A DNA stretch of 64,000 nucleotides. Source: Candidatus Entotheonellaceae bacterium (GTDB taxonomy: Bacteria; Tectomicrobia; Entotheonellia; Entotheonellales; Entotheonellaceae). The stretch spans positions 1,664,001 through 1,728,000 of the forward strand of contig OZ250173.1 in NCBI GenBank assembly GCA_965238075.1, written 5' to 3'. The notes under the pieces are model-generated. The model was not told the DNA's origin and ran no database searches. It worked only from the letters and a program-made list of their open reading frames with translations. The position numbers and the translations under genes were made by a program. Positions 27,560-42,687 of the stretch are shown piece by piece. Numbering within the stretch: position 1 is the first letter of the stretch; the number at the start of each line of letters is the position of its first letter.

Positions 27560-28371
27560 TGAAAGCTCCGATTACAAGTTTAAGCAATCCTACCGTTAAG
27601 AACCTGGTGAAACTGCGTCAGCACAGAGAACGCGCGAAGCAGGGAATGCTACTCATCGACGGTGCCCGTGCGCTGCTCATGGCTCTCCGCAATGACTTTT
27701 CCGTTTCGGCGGTCTATTTCTCACAAGCCGTGGCTGATAAACAGGCCGATCTCCTCCGGAATGTTCAAGACGCTGGTGGACATTTGCAACCGGTCACCCC
27801 TATGGTGTTCAGAAAAATAGGCTACGGCGAGCACCCAGATGGGCTGCTCGGCGTCGCTTCCTGCCCGTACGTCACCCTTGCCGACCTTCCCATAACCAGC
27901 AAACCCTTATACCTTGTGGCTGAGGGACTGGAAAAGCCCGGCAACCTGGGCGCCATGATGCGGTCTGCTGATGCTGCGGGCGCCACGGCACTCGTGCTTT
28001 GCGACGGCCGCACGGATCTCTGGAACCCCAATGTCATTCGCGCCAGTCAAGGGGCGTGTTTTTCGGTACCCGTTGCGGTGGCAACCACTAAGGACGTTTT
28101 GCTATGGTTACGCCGTGGCGCGGTCCAGATCATTGCCGCTGCGCCGCTGGTGCCTCGGTCGTACTATGAGATTGATCTGCGACTACCAAGCGCACTGGTG
28201 TTGGGAGCCGAACATGACGGGCTGACATCCGCGTGGCGCGGCGAAACCCGCGTGTGTATCCCGATGGCAGGGCAATTGGACTCCTTGAACGTTGCGCAGA
28301 CGGCTTCCATTTTGTTGTTTGAGGCGGTGAGACAACGAGTTAACAGTGACCCAGATCGCCTAGCGCCTTGA
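27559..28371 (+). CDS. TrmH/SpoU family RNA methyltransferase
   Basis: KPGNLGAMMRSADA, LGAEHDGL and IPMAGQLDSLNVA. Confidence 0.92.
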   Translation: MKAPITSLSNPTVKNLVKLRQHRERAKQGMLLIDGARALLMALRNDFSVSAVYFSQAVADKQADLLRNVQDAGGHLQPVTPMVFRKIGYGEHPDGLLGVASCPYVTLADLPITSKPLYLVAEGLEKPGNLGAMMRSADAAGATALVLCDGRTDLWNPNVIRASQGACFSVPVAVATTKDVLLWLRRGAVQIIAAAPLVPRSYYEIDLRLPSALVLGAEHDGLTSAWRGETRVCIPMAGQLDSLNVAQTASILLFEAVRQRVNSDPDRLAP

Positions 28372-28457
28372 GCGTGGCGAACAGACCGAACACAACGGAG
28401 ATTTCGCAACAGGGGAATCGACCCTCCTCCGCATACCAGAATTTTTCATGGCAGGGG

Positions 28458-28522
28458 TTGACAGAGCTAAGGAAAGGCGGTATTTTTACCGTCACCTTCA
28501 ATACGAAGGCTGTTCTTTGAAA
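28458..28522 (+). promoter_or_regulatory. rrn sigma70 promoter and boxA antiterminator
   Basis: TTGACA(28458)-17 nt-TATTTT(28481); boxA TGTTCTTTGAAA at 28511. Confidence 0.75.
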
Positions 28523-28616
28523 TCGTACGATGATTCGCGTTTGTGAGTAAGAGGCCAGAACTAAATATGATCCAGAAGCCCCTCCTAGGGGCATAAACTG
28601 GACCATATACTCGTTT

Positions 28617-30180
<1,564 letters not shown>

Positions 30181-30266
30181 TAAGGAGTCTTAGCTTTCCT
30201 GTACATGCAGAAAGCGAAGGCTGAAAGTTTGTCTTACTCTCGAATGCGAATCTCGTACGATTTCTA

Positions 30267-30278
30267 TGCTCTTTGACA
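30267..30278 (+). promoter_or_regulatory. Spacer boxA in a short tRNA-less ITS
   Basis: TGCTCTTTGACA in the ~140-nt ITS, followed by the 23S processing-stem arm. Confidence 0.7.
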
Positions 30279-30319
30279 ATGACATGATGCGACATCAAGT
30301 CTGTTTGTAGTGTTATAAG

Positions 30320-33319
<3,000 letters not shown>

Positions 33320-33435
33320 TCTTGTTTTATACTACGCTGGCTTGACGCATCATGTCATTGTTAAACCATGATTCACCCAAACCAACTGCGGCAGAGATCT
33401 ACCTTAACTTGTTGGCCTGTAACCCTGGAGGCACG

Positions 33436-33984
33436 ATGAGCTATGCGAAGTCTGTAAGTCTGCCACTCGTTGTCCTGGCTCTATTGGCGACAAGCTCCAT
33501 TGCCCAAACCGACAAATTGCCGGACATCACGAATACACGAGTCCACTCACCTATCGTTGCGTCATCCGGACAGCCGTCCAAGGGGCAGTTTGAGGACATT
33601 TCGAGATCTGGCGTGAAGGTCGTGATAAACCTCGCTCCGAAATATTTGCCAGACTCCATAAGGAACGAAAGGAAGCTGGTTCGCTCTGAGGGCATGGAGT
33701 ACTTCTTCATTCCGGTAGATTGGGACAGACCCTCGCAGAATAATGTCGACAAATTCTTGACGGCAATGGATAAAGTACGCGGCAAGCGCGTGCTAGTACA
33801 TTGTTGGTTAAATTACCGGGCGTCGGCGTTCGTATATCTCTATCGAGTCTTACGTGAGGGTGCTTCCCAGGATGAAGAATACAAAATTCTCGAAGAGATC
33901 TGGGATTACGACAAGGACTACGCGTTGAAAAAGGTCCCCCACTGGAGAAAGCTCCTAACAGTGGCCTTGGAGAGGCACCAGTAG
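33436..33984 (+). CDS. Exported protein-tyrosine-phosphatase-fold (DUF442/BLH-like) protein located in the 23S-5S spacer
   Basis: RBS GGAGG at 33427, signal peptide, SSGQP, VINLA, YFFIPVDW and VLVHCWLNYRASAF (CX4R loop). Confidence 0.82.
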   Translation: MSYAKSVSLPLVVLALLATSSIAQTDKLPDITNTRVHSPIVASSGQPSKGQFEDISRSGVKVVINLAPKYLPDSIRNERKLVRSEGMEYFFIPVDWDRPSQNNVDKFLTAMDKVRGKRVLVHCWLNYRASAFVYLYRVLREGASQDEEYKILEEIWDYDKDYALKKVPHWRKLLTVALERHQ

Positions 33985-34003
33985 CGAAGTGAAGCGACCA
34001 AAA

Positions 34004-34090
34004 GCAATCGCCCGGTCAAAGTTCTAGCCCGATGCGCTTAGTGTCGCTACGCTCCTGCGCCCGCGGCTCAAAACAGAAGCGTTCGATAGC
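34004..34090 (+). repeat. Degenerate attC-like imperfect palindrome
   Basis: Outer arms gcaatcg/cgatagc around GTTCGAT at 34081. Inner arms ttctagcccgatgcgc/gcgcccgcggctcaaaa. Loop gtcgctacgctcc. Begins ~20 nt after the stop codon. The AAC of R'' is not intact. Confidence 0.35.
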
Positions 34091-34120
34091 TACGTCACCG
34101 ATTGATACTTGTTCTGAATT

Positions 34121-34237
34121 TTCGGCAGCTATAGCGAAGGGGCAACACCCGTTCCCATCCCGAACACGGAAGTAAAGTCCTTCAGCGCCGATGGTACTGC
34201 ACGGGTCACTGTGTGGGAGAGTAGGTCGCTGCCGAAA
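34121..34237 (+). rRNA. rrf: 5S ribosomal RNA
   Basis: TTCGGCAGC...CCCGTTCCCATCCCGAACACGG...GATGGTACT...GGGAGAGTAGG...GCTGCCGAA. Confidence 0.97.
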
Positions 34238-34457
34238 TTCTCCCCTCCCATAATTCCTTCACCGCACACCGCAGTCTCTGCATGTTCTTGTAAGCCTTCC
34301 TCCTCGCCTTGTCTGATCGAAGAGTCCGCAGACCACGAATGCCGGGATTGTTTGGGTCGCATTGCGGGTGTTAGACTTTCGGATACCAATCCTTTCCCCT
34401 ATAGCATCGGTCGATTTCCACGTGCAATCGGAGCATGGATGCCACGTTGACGGCTAC

Positions 34458-35885
34458 ATGCCTGACGCAAAGATGGCAGAAACGGTCTCCCTTCCAACCT
34501 GGGTAGTGGTAGTTGCCGGCGCGCTTTCACTTTGGGTAATTCTTGACCGCCTGATTGTTCCAAGCACCCGCTGGCTTTTCGGGCGGCGTGTCAGTCGTGT
34601 GATTAATGAACTCAATACTCGCCTGCAACTGCAAATACCTCCTTTCCAACAGACGAAACGACAGGTCCTTATCGATCGCCTCACGCACGATCCCAGGGTA
34701 ATGGAGTCGGTCGAGGCCGAGGCGCACAAGTCCGCTGTGGCGCGAGAAGTTCTGATCCGCGAAGCCGGACGCCATGCGCGTGAGATTGTCCCGTCGTTCA
34801 ACGCCTACGTCTATTTTCGCATTGGATATTACCTAGCGCGGCGCATTCTGCAATTTCTCTATCGTGTCCGCCTAGGCTATGCCGACGACGAAGCGCTGGC
34901 CAGAATAGAGCCCAACGCAAGTGTCGTGTTTCTCTGATGAATCACCGCAGCCATACGGACTACATCATCGTCGCCTATATGGCCACGAACCGCGCCACCT
35001 TGAGCTATACGGTGGGCGAATGGGTACGCACCTGGCCGCTGCTTCAGTCGTTGATCAAATCTCTCGACGGTTCTTCGTGCGTCGAGAATCCGACAATCCT
35101 CTCTACCGCCGAGTACTGGCTCCCTACGTTCAGATGGCGACGGCCGGTGGTGTCGTGCAGGCGTTCTACCCCGAGGATCAGTTTACCCGCGACGGGTATC
35201 TCCAAAAGCCAAGGTTCTGTCTCATCAACTACATGCTCTCGACGTTCGACCCCAAGGGCGAACGGGATCTCGTGTTCATCCCGGCGAGTATCAATTACGA
35301 TCGAGCGCTGGAAGATCGCACCCTGGTCGGCAAACTCGACCCGCGGGCCATTCCACGTAGCGGGACGTATACTGTCGCCCTTTCTCAGGTTCCTCGGCCA
35401 CAATGTCAGACTCCTGCTGGAACAACGCTGGTATCGCTTGGTTATGTCTGTGTCGATTTTGGAACGCCGATTGCCATGCGGTCATACACCGAACGCACCA
35501 AGATCGATTTTCGCCTTTTGGACTTAGAAGATCGTTTTGAAGCCGCAGAGCGGCTTGGCAGTGAGCTGTTCGGCGCCATCGCCATAACCATTCCGGTATT
35601 GCCGGTGCCACTCATCGCCACCGTGTTCTTGCGCCATCCTCACATGGCCATGAGCGAATTTGAGATTAAGGCACATGCTCATGCGCTCATCAACGACCTT
35701 GAGCAGCGCGGGGCGTACGTCCATATCCCCAGGTCAGACCACACGCAACCACAATGGGGCTTTGGATGGTGGCACTGCGGCACTTGGTGCAGGAAACGGA
35801 CGGTCTCTACCGGGCGAGCGATACCGAACACAATATGCTGCGCTACTACGCCAACTCGATAGCTCACTTCCTGCCCAAGCCGTGA
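34458..35885 (+). pseudogene. Glycerol-3-phosphate acyltransferase (PlsB/PlsC-like), multiply frameshifted
   Basis: Motifs EIVPSFNAY, MNHRSHTDY (HX4D), FFVRR, FYPE, INYDR and YYANSIAH lie in different frames, implying several indels (~34935, ~35070, ~35370-35440, ~35740). Confidence 0.8.
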
Positions 35886-36008
35886 CAGTTCTCTGCGCCG
35901 ACGCCACCCAGGAATCCTGACGCAACCGTCTCTCGACTGGCTGCGTAGTGAACTTATCTGCCCTTTTGCATACCGGAATTCAGGACCAGTGAACAAGGAA
36001 GGACGGAT

Positions 36009-37547
36009 ATGTCGAGAGAGTTCCCGACGCCGGAGGACCGGCAGGTCATAATTTCCCGAGGAATCACGGAGGAAACTATCGCGGCGCAACTGGCTCTTTT
36101 CCAGAAAGGAACGCCATGGATCAAGCTGCATCGACCTTGCACGGTCGGCGACGGCATTGTCGTACTTCGTACGGATGAGATAGAGGTCTTATCACGCAAA
36201 TATGCAGAGGCTGCTGCTGCTGGTCGGGTCATGAAATTTGTGCCGGCGTCCGGAGCGGCCTCGCGGATGTTTCAGGGACTCTTGCAGCAGTATGAAACAG
36301 TCCCCATACCTCCGAACAACGAGGCTTCGATTGCCAGTCAGTTTTTGACGGAGCTACGCCGCTTTGCGTTTTATGATGATCTGGAAATAGCATTACGCGT
36401 TGAAGGACTGGATATCCAGACATGCATTGCCCAACGCCAGATTCACAAAATCTGGGAACATCTCTTAACCTCGCGTGGACTCAATTACGCCAATTTGCCC
36501 AAGGCGTTAATCAAATTCCATCGATACGCTACTGGCTATTGTCGAATGCCTTTGGAAGAACATGTGGTGGACGCCGCAGCGCATACACTCGACCGGGATA
36601 ATGTCGTTCGAGTGCACTTTACAGTCAGCCCAGGATGTGAGGCTGAGGTTAACAGTGCTATTGAGGAGATGCAGGAGCGTTACCAAGAAAAAGGCATTCA
36701 GTACCGCATCACGTTGTCGCACCAACACGCCTCCACCGACACGATTGCAGTTGATACTGACAATCGTCCTTTCCGCGACCGACATCATCGTTTGCTATTC
36801 AGGCCGGGGGGGCATGGCGCGTTACTTGAGAACCTACAGGCAATCCAGGCCGATATGGTTCACTTGAACAATATCGACAACGTGGTTCATGGACGCCTCA
36901 AGGAGGATACGCATACCTATAAGAGAGCCCTAGGGGGTTATCTTGTGACATTGCAAGATCAAGTATTCACCCATTTGAGACTTTTGGCAGATGGACAGGT
37001 GAGTTCGTCGCAGTTAGAGCAAATTTTCACATATGCCAAACAATATTTATCATTAAGCGTTCCAGAATATCTGCTTGATCGATCAATCGCCGAGCAGTCG
37101 CACTTTCTATTTACGAAACTCAACAGACCCTTGCGCGTCTGCGGCGTAGTGAAGAACCTTGGGGAGCCGGGCGGCGGACCCTTTTGGACGGAAAGCGCTG
37201 GGGACAACCTATCATTGCAAATCGTGGAGAAGTCACAAATCGACACCTCGGTGGAGGGACAACAAGCCATTCTGAACGCCTCGACCCACTTTAATCCGGT
37301 GGATATCGTCTGCGGAATGCGTGATTACCAAGGTCGGCCTTTCAGGCTTGAGACGTTTAGGGACCCGGACGCTTATTTCATCGCCTACAAGACCCATGAA
37401 GGGCGTCCTTTGAAAGCCCTCGAGCTTCCGGGCTTGTGGAACGGCACCATGGCTCACTGGAACACGATGTTCGTGGAAGTACCTCTCAGCACCTTTAATC
37501 CAGTCAAAACCGTGTTCGACCTCCTGCGTCCCGAACACCAGCCGTAG
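36009..37547 (+). CDS. DUF4301 family protein
   Basis: KFVPASGAASRMF, FRPGGHGALLENL, NIDNV, GEPGGGPFW, THFNPVD, KALELPGLWNG and TFNPVKTV. Confidence 0.9.
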   Translation: MSREFPTPEDRQVIISRGITEETIAAQLALFQKGTPWIKLHRPCTVGDGIVVLRTDEIEVLSRKYAEAAAAGRVMKFVPASGAASRMFQGLLQQYETVPIPPNNEASIASQFLTELRRFAFYDDLEIALRVEGLDIQTCIAQRQIHKIWEHLLTSRGLNYANLPKALIKFHRYATGYCRMPLEEHVVDAAAHTLDRDNVVRVHFTVSPGCEAEVNSAIEEMQERYQEKGIQYRITLSHQHASTDTIAVDTDNRPFRDRHHRLLFRPGGHGALLENLQAIQADMVHLNNIDNVVHGRLKEDTHTYKRALGGYLVTLQDQVFTHLRLLADGQVSSSQLEQIFTYAKQYLSLSVPEYLLDRSIAEQSHFLFTKLNRPLRVCGVVKNLGEPGGGPFWTESAGDNLSLQIVEKSQIDTSVEGQQAILNASTHFNPVDIVCGMRDYQGRPFRLETFRDPDAYFIAYKTHEGRPLKALELPGLWNGTMAHWNTMFVEVPLSTFNPVKTVFDLLRPEHQP

Positions 37548-37594
37548 AACACATCCAGGCGCGTCTGAGCGCTACGGAAAATCTTCTGGCAGAT

Positions 37595-38528
37595 CAGGGT
37601 AAGCGCATATGAGGATTGCCATGGGTTCTGATTCAGGTTATCCAGAGTCATCGCGTGTAAGGACACTCAGCCTGGAGAAGAGCTGGGCATGGAAAAACCC
37701 GCGTCGTCTCGATTGTTGAATCACTTTGCCTCGGTCAGTGATCCTCGAGACCCCAACATCCGACACCCTTTTGACATCTTCGTGATTGCCTTGTTCGCCG
37801 TCATCAGTGGCGCAGAGGGCTGGGAAGACCCTGAATCAGGTTCAGGGCCGATGACAAGTTCAATGAAATCATCGCCATTCCCCACTTGCTCGGGCTGTTG
37901 GCCCTCGACGGGGCGACGGTGACGACCGACGCCATGGGATGTGAAAAGGAGATCGCCCATAGCACCGTCGAGCAAGGGGTTGATTATGTCTTGGCTCTCA
38001 AAGACAACCACGCGACGCTCCACAACGCGGTCACAACGACTGCGTTGCGGGATGTGAGATGCGATGATTACCGCAGTATGTATACCGATCATGGTCGTAT
38101 CGAGACGCGCCACTATTGGCTCACGCCTGACATTGAGTGTTTGGGGGTGAAGGGCTCGTGGGCGGGTATTGCCGGCGTTGGCACGGTCGAGTCGCAGGTG
38201 GAGTTGGCGATGGGGTGTCTTGTGAGCGGCGTTATTTTCTGGCCTCACTGTCGTGTGATGCGGCGCGTTTTGCGCAGGCGGTGAGTCGGCATTGGGGCAT
38301 CGAGAATTCACTTCATTGGGTGCTTGACGTGAGTTTTCAGGAAGACGACCGTCGGATTCGTCAAGACGCCAGCGCTCAAACGATGTCGGTGTTGCGTCAC
38401 ACCGCCCTGAACCTGATACGACGAGAATTGAGTCACAAGCGCGGCATGAAGGCCAGACGCAAACGGGCTAGGTGGACCGACGCTATCTGTTGCAGGTCTT
38501 AACCGGATAACGTCATATGCGCTTACCC
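37595..38528 (+). mobile_element. ISAs1-family element, internally deleted and frameshifted
   Basis: Perfect terminal IRs GGGTAAGCGCATATG/CATATGCGCTTACCC. Transposase pieces DPR, DAMGC, LALKDN, HGRIETR and HWGIENSLHWVLDV in different frames. Confidence 0.88.
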
Positions 38529-39443
38529 ACTGTACAGGACAAAATTATATTGGGTAGAGTGGATGAACAAGTGCTTTTGGCGGGCCTTTGATGCGTCTTG
38601 AGTTGAATCGGCTTGACGACATGCCGCCAGGCACCCCCACATGTAGGCCCAGCAAAAAGCTATCGCCAACACACCACATAACGTCTCCAAGCGCTTGGCA
38701 TCTCTCAAGCGTGTCTCTTCAAGGCTGAACCCTCTTGATTTAAGAGCCTCGAAGAGCACTTCTATCTGCCACCTCTGCTTGTACCTCTCCAGGGCGTCAT
38801 CACACGGACTCGACACAACGATCAGGTAAGTCCCAGAGGGCAAGCGCATACCGGTTGCCCAAAGCCAGTGAAACGAGACGCGGCCCGATCTAAGGAACAC
38901 GAGGTCGAACGGGGAAGACGTCTGAAAAAGTTCCGTGCCGGTGAAGGAGGAGGACGTCAAGGCTGCTTCGGGATAGCCACCCGGGTTGAAGTCCCTTAAC
39001 GTGCAGAAAATGGGACTTCTCTCCGTGCCGTTGACATCGATGCGCTCATGGGTATTGGAGTTACACTTTTTCGCGCCAAGGTGTAGGGGGGGTCACGAGT
39101 AGAAAAGAGAGCACGAATGGCGCCATCCGAGCGGGTTGGAGCCGAACGTGTTTGAAAAAATGTTGCAGGCGGTCGATCTCGGCAGGACCAGGAAAGCCCG
39201 CGGGCAGCTGGGTCAGATTAACGGTTTCGACCTTGAACAGGGCGATGACGAGAGCCGTCAGGCAGGTGATGCGCGCGGTGTAAGCCAAAGGTCAATTGGA
39301 GTAAGTCGGTGAGCCGCCTAGTAGAGTGATTCACGGTGTAATTTCCTGAGACGTCAGTCGGTGTAGAGAGGCTTGGTTGGCCTTCCACCGTAGGTGGTTA
39401 CACCTTTTCTTTCAACTACTCAATGACTTTTGTCGTGTATAGT
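38529..39443 (-). mobile_element. IS4-family element remnant
   Basis: IRs ACTGTACAGGACAAAA/TTTTGTCGTGTATAGT (14/16). Fragments ARITCLTALVIALFKVETVNLTQL and YKQRWQIEVLFEALKSRGF. Confidence 0.8.
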
Positions 39444-39564
39444 TCAGTGGCGCTTCCCTGCCTGGCAGCTAAAAGCAATTGCTATTTACAAATGACTTAT
39501 ATGTGGTGGGATCTTATGTCGGAATAACATGAAAACATTTTGAATTCCTTGCATTAGGTATATG

Positions 39565-40864
39565 CAATACTTCGGACAGAATTTAGGCAGCCCTGTCGGT
39601 GATCGTGCCATCGTTGCAAAGGGTTTGGTAATCGGGGCTGGATTTTTCCAGGCTATGCCCCTGGGCTAGATGCTGAGAAATTCGCTCCAGCAGATATTGG
39701 TTGAAGGCACGCCGTTTGAGACTCGCCATCGAAAACCCTGCCTGAGCACCAACGCTTTGTTGTCGCGCTTCCAGTTTGCCCAAAGTGAGAGCACTCATAC
39801 TGGCATTGAAGTGAAAATGCAGCTTCGCTTGCGAGCGCGCTTGACAGGCACTCAGAGACGCAAACTGCTTGGCGTCTCTGAAGAGAAACTCGATTTGGAA
39901 GCGCGCTTTGTACCCACGATAAAGCGTCTGCGCATCCACGTCGGTATCGGTGCGGAACAGGACCACCCGCCGTTGGGTGCGGGTATCCACCACGAGCACG
40001 ACTCGCAGATTGCGCCGAAGATGAACGTGGTTGAGGACTTGATGATAGAGCAAGGTGGCGTCGTCTTCGCTGTACACCCGCTCAAAGCGTGACAGGTCGT
40101 CCCAATGGACCTTGCCGCCGTAGGTCTTGGGCGCCCCGGTCCCTGGTAGAGATAGCGCAGATTGGCGTCGCGGCGCAGTTTGCCAATCTGGTCCAGCCCG
40201 AGGGCGCGAACCCCGTCAAAGAATTTGCGTTTTGTAATAGCCATCCGTTATCACATAGCATAGATGACCCAGGTGATGGCCGCAGAGCACGCCTCTCAAT
40301 TGCTCCAGATAGGCATCGATGCGTGTGCCTTGCGGCTCAGCGCTCTTGTCGCTCGGCGGCGTCTGCTCGACACTGAGGCCATAGGCGCAGTTGTCGGTAA
40401 TGTCGAGCCACGCCACGGCAGAGACTTCCAGACCTTTTTCACTGCGCAGGTGGCGGCTGTTCCAGAAGCGCTCAAGGCCATAGGTGTGGGTACCATTTTG
40501 GGGATGAAGCTGGTATCAATGAGCAAGGCCTGCTGATGTCCGGGCGGGATAACCTGGGTAATCGCCGCCTTGTTGAGTGAGACAAAGTCAAACGGGGGGT
40601 CGTACCAAGGCACGAAGGTGCGCTCGTGATACGAACTGTAGCGGCTGAGATTGCGAAACGTGGCATGGCCAGGAAGCATCAGCAGAAGTCCCAGCAGATG
40701 GGCGATGAATTTGCGTTGCGGTCTCTTGGTTTTGGACAACGTCGTAAGTATACTCTGAAGCAGTCGCACGAGGCACCTCCATTCTTCGGTTGCGTTGGCT
40801 AACACAACTATAGAATTGGAGAACTCGTGCGGCTACCTGGCTGTCAAAACTGTCCAAAGTATTG
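39565..40864 (-). mobile_element. DDE-transposase IS (IS4/IS701-like), frameshifted
   Basis: IRs CAATACTTCGGACAG/CTGTCCAAAGTATTG (14/15) flanked by a 3-bp ATG direct repeat. Fragments IDTSFIPK, ITDGYY and YKARFQIEFLFRDAKQ in different frames. Confidence 0.85.
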
Positions 40865-40885
40865 ATGTGGGGACATGCAGTTATT

Positions 40886-42634
40886 ATGAGCATACAAAGC
40901 CAACCGTATATACCAAGGATTAAAGACCGCGGCGCTGATTTGTTCGTCGCTTTGCTGCAGGCTCAGGGTGTGAAGCAAGTTATGGCTTTGACGGGCGGTG
41001 CCATTATGGAAGGGATGGATGCCTTGCAGGAGGCAGAACACCTGGAAATGTCTATCTTCCAAACTGAACCGGGCGCAGCGTGGGCTGCGATGGGGTATGC
41101 GCGGGCTACGGGCAAAGTTGGGGTATGTGTGGTGACGTCGGGACCGGCCGCAACCAATACCATTACGGCCATTGCGGACGCTTACCGTGACAACGTGCCG
41201 TTGGTGGTTGTAACGGGCCAAGTGCCAACGTTTGCCCGTAACACCGATGCCTTTCAAGAAACGGACATCACCAGAATTGCCGCGCCAACGGCAAAGAAGG
41301 TGTACTACGTGAGCCGGCCCGAGGAGATGCCTGACGTGGTCCGCGAGGCATTTCATCTTGCCAGGGAGGGTCGCCCGGGGCCGGTGCTGATCGATCTCAC
41401 AAAAGATGCCCAACAGTCTCTGGTAGATCTTGGTGCTTATCGCGCCGACCTGGAACCGATCGATTCAGCCATCTCAAATGAAACGTTTAATGAAACCCTA
41501 AGCGCCGAATTGGACGAGGTGACAGCCCATCTCAACACCGCGGAACGGCCTGTCATCATCGTGGGTTACGGCTTGGTGCTGGCTGGGGCTGAGCGCGAAC
41601 TGGAGCAATTCCTAGAGGTCGTGCCAAGTCCAGTGGTCTACACCATTCCTGGCAAGCCCGCGCTTGCCACCTCGCATCCATGCAACTACGGATTGCTTGG
41701 CATGCACGGATTCTATGTCGCCAACTGGATCGTGCATCATGCCGACCTGGTGATTTCACTGGGTTCGCGCTATGACGACCGCATCACGGGGGACACAGCC
41801 CGGTTTGCGCCACAGGCCAAGCGCCTGATCCATTTTGACATCGACCCGGGACAAATTCATAAAGTGCTGCCCGAACGGAAGCTTGGAATCGTTGGTGACC
41901 TGAAGGAAACTTTGGGCGCGTTGAGGTGTCGGCTTACGGGCGTATTCGATTATCCCGATTGGCGTCAGGCTATTGCGGAGGTTGAGAAGGAATACCCCTC
42001 AACCTACACTCGCCGCCCGAAACAGCTGCAAGCGCAGCACGTCTTGCAGTTGCTCAATGAGGTTGTGGGCCAACGCGTCGCGGTTGACCCTTGTCGGGTC
42101 ATCTACACCACGGAGGTCGGCGACCACCAGATGTGGGCCGGACAATACCTGGCCATGGAGCAAGGTTGGCAATTCATGACTTCCGGCGGTCAGGGTGCGA
42201 TGGGCTCCGGTCTACCCATGGCCATTGGGGCGCAAATGGCCGAACCTGACGCCCTTGTCATTTGTCTGGCTGGCGACGGTAGCTTGCGCTTCTCCGAGGC
42301 TGAGTTGGAGACCATTTGGGACGAGAATCTGGCCGTAAAGGTCCTGGTGCTCAATAACGACGGCTACGGCATTGTGCGAATGTGGAATCACCGTTTCTAT
42401 CAAGGTCGAGAGACGGGTGTCGTCAAACGGGGCAAAAATTGGACCTTGCTCGCCCAGGGAAATGGCTTTAAAGCCGACTTCGTAGACCGCGTCTGCAAAC
42501 CGGAAGACGTGAAGCCCGCTCTGCAACGCGCGCTATCCCACCGCGGTCCGCATTTTATCGAGTTTGTAACGCCCTACGAGGAATGCCTGCCTTTGATGCC
42601 GCCGGGACAATCGTTCCAAGAGGTGATTGTCTGA
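40886..42634 (+). CDS. ThDP-dependent acetolactate synthase large subunit-like enzyme
   Basis: TSGPAATN, TGQV, AFQE, GRPGPVLID, LGMHG, RYDDRITG and GDGS...NN ThDP motif. Confidence 0.85.
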   Translation: MSIQSQPYIPRIKDRGADLFVALLQAQGVKQVMALTGGAIMEGMDALQEAEHLEMSIFQTEPGAAWAAMGYARATGKVGVCVVTSGPAATNTITAIADAYRDNVPLVVVTGQVPTFARNTDAFQETDITRIAAPTAKKVYYVSRPEEMPDVVREAFHLAREGRPGPVLIDLTKDAQQSLVDLGAYRADLEPIDSAISNETFNETLSAELDEVTAHLNTAERPVIIVGYGLVLAGAERELEQFLEVVPSPVVYTIPGKPALATSHPCNYGLLGMHGFYVANWIVHHADLVISLGSRYDDRITGDTARFAPQAKRLIHFDIDPGQIHKVLPERKLGIVGDLKETLGALRCRLTGVFDYPDWRQAIAEVEKEYPSTYTRRPKQLQAQHVLQLLNEVVGQRVAVDPCRVIYTTEVGDHQMWAGQYLAMEQGWQFMTSGGQGAMGSGLPMAIGAQMAEPDALVICLAGDGSLRFSEAELETIWDENLAVKVLVLNNDGYGIVRMWNHRFYQGRETGVVKRGKNWTLLAQGNGFKADFVDRVCKPEDVKPALQRALSHRGPHFIEFVTPYEECLPLMPPGQSFQEVIV

Positions 42635-42687
42635 TTCGCACCGAGAGCCGGTACAGCATGCCTTGAGCGTCTGCATCGAACAGCAAG

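Noticed and set aside
30181-30319. Possible tRNA in the ITS
   Set aside because: No cloverleaf, T-loop GTTC or CCA. The space is taken by processing stems and boxA.
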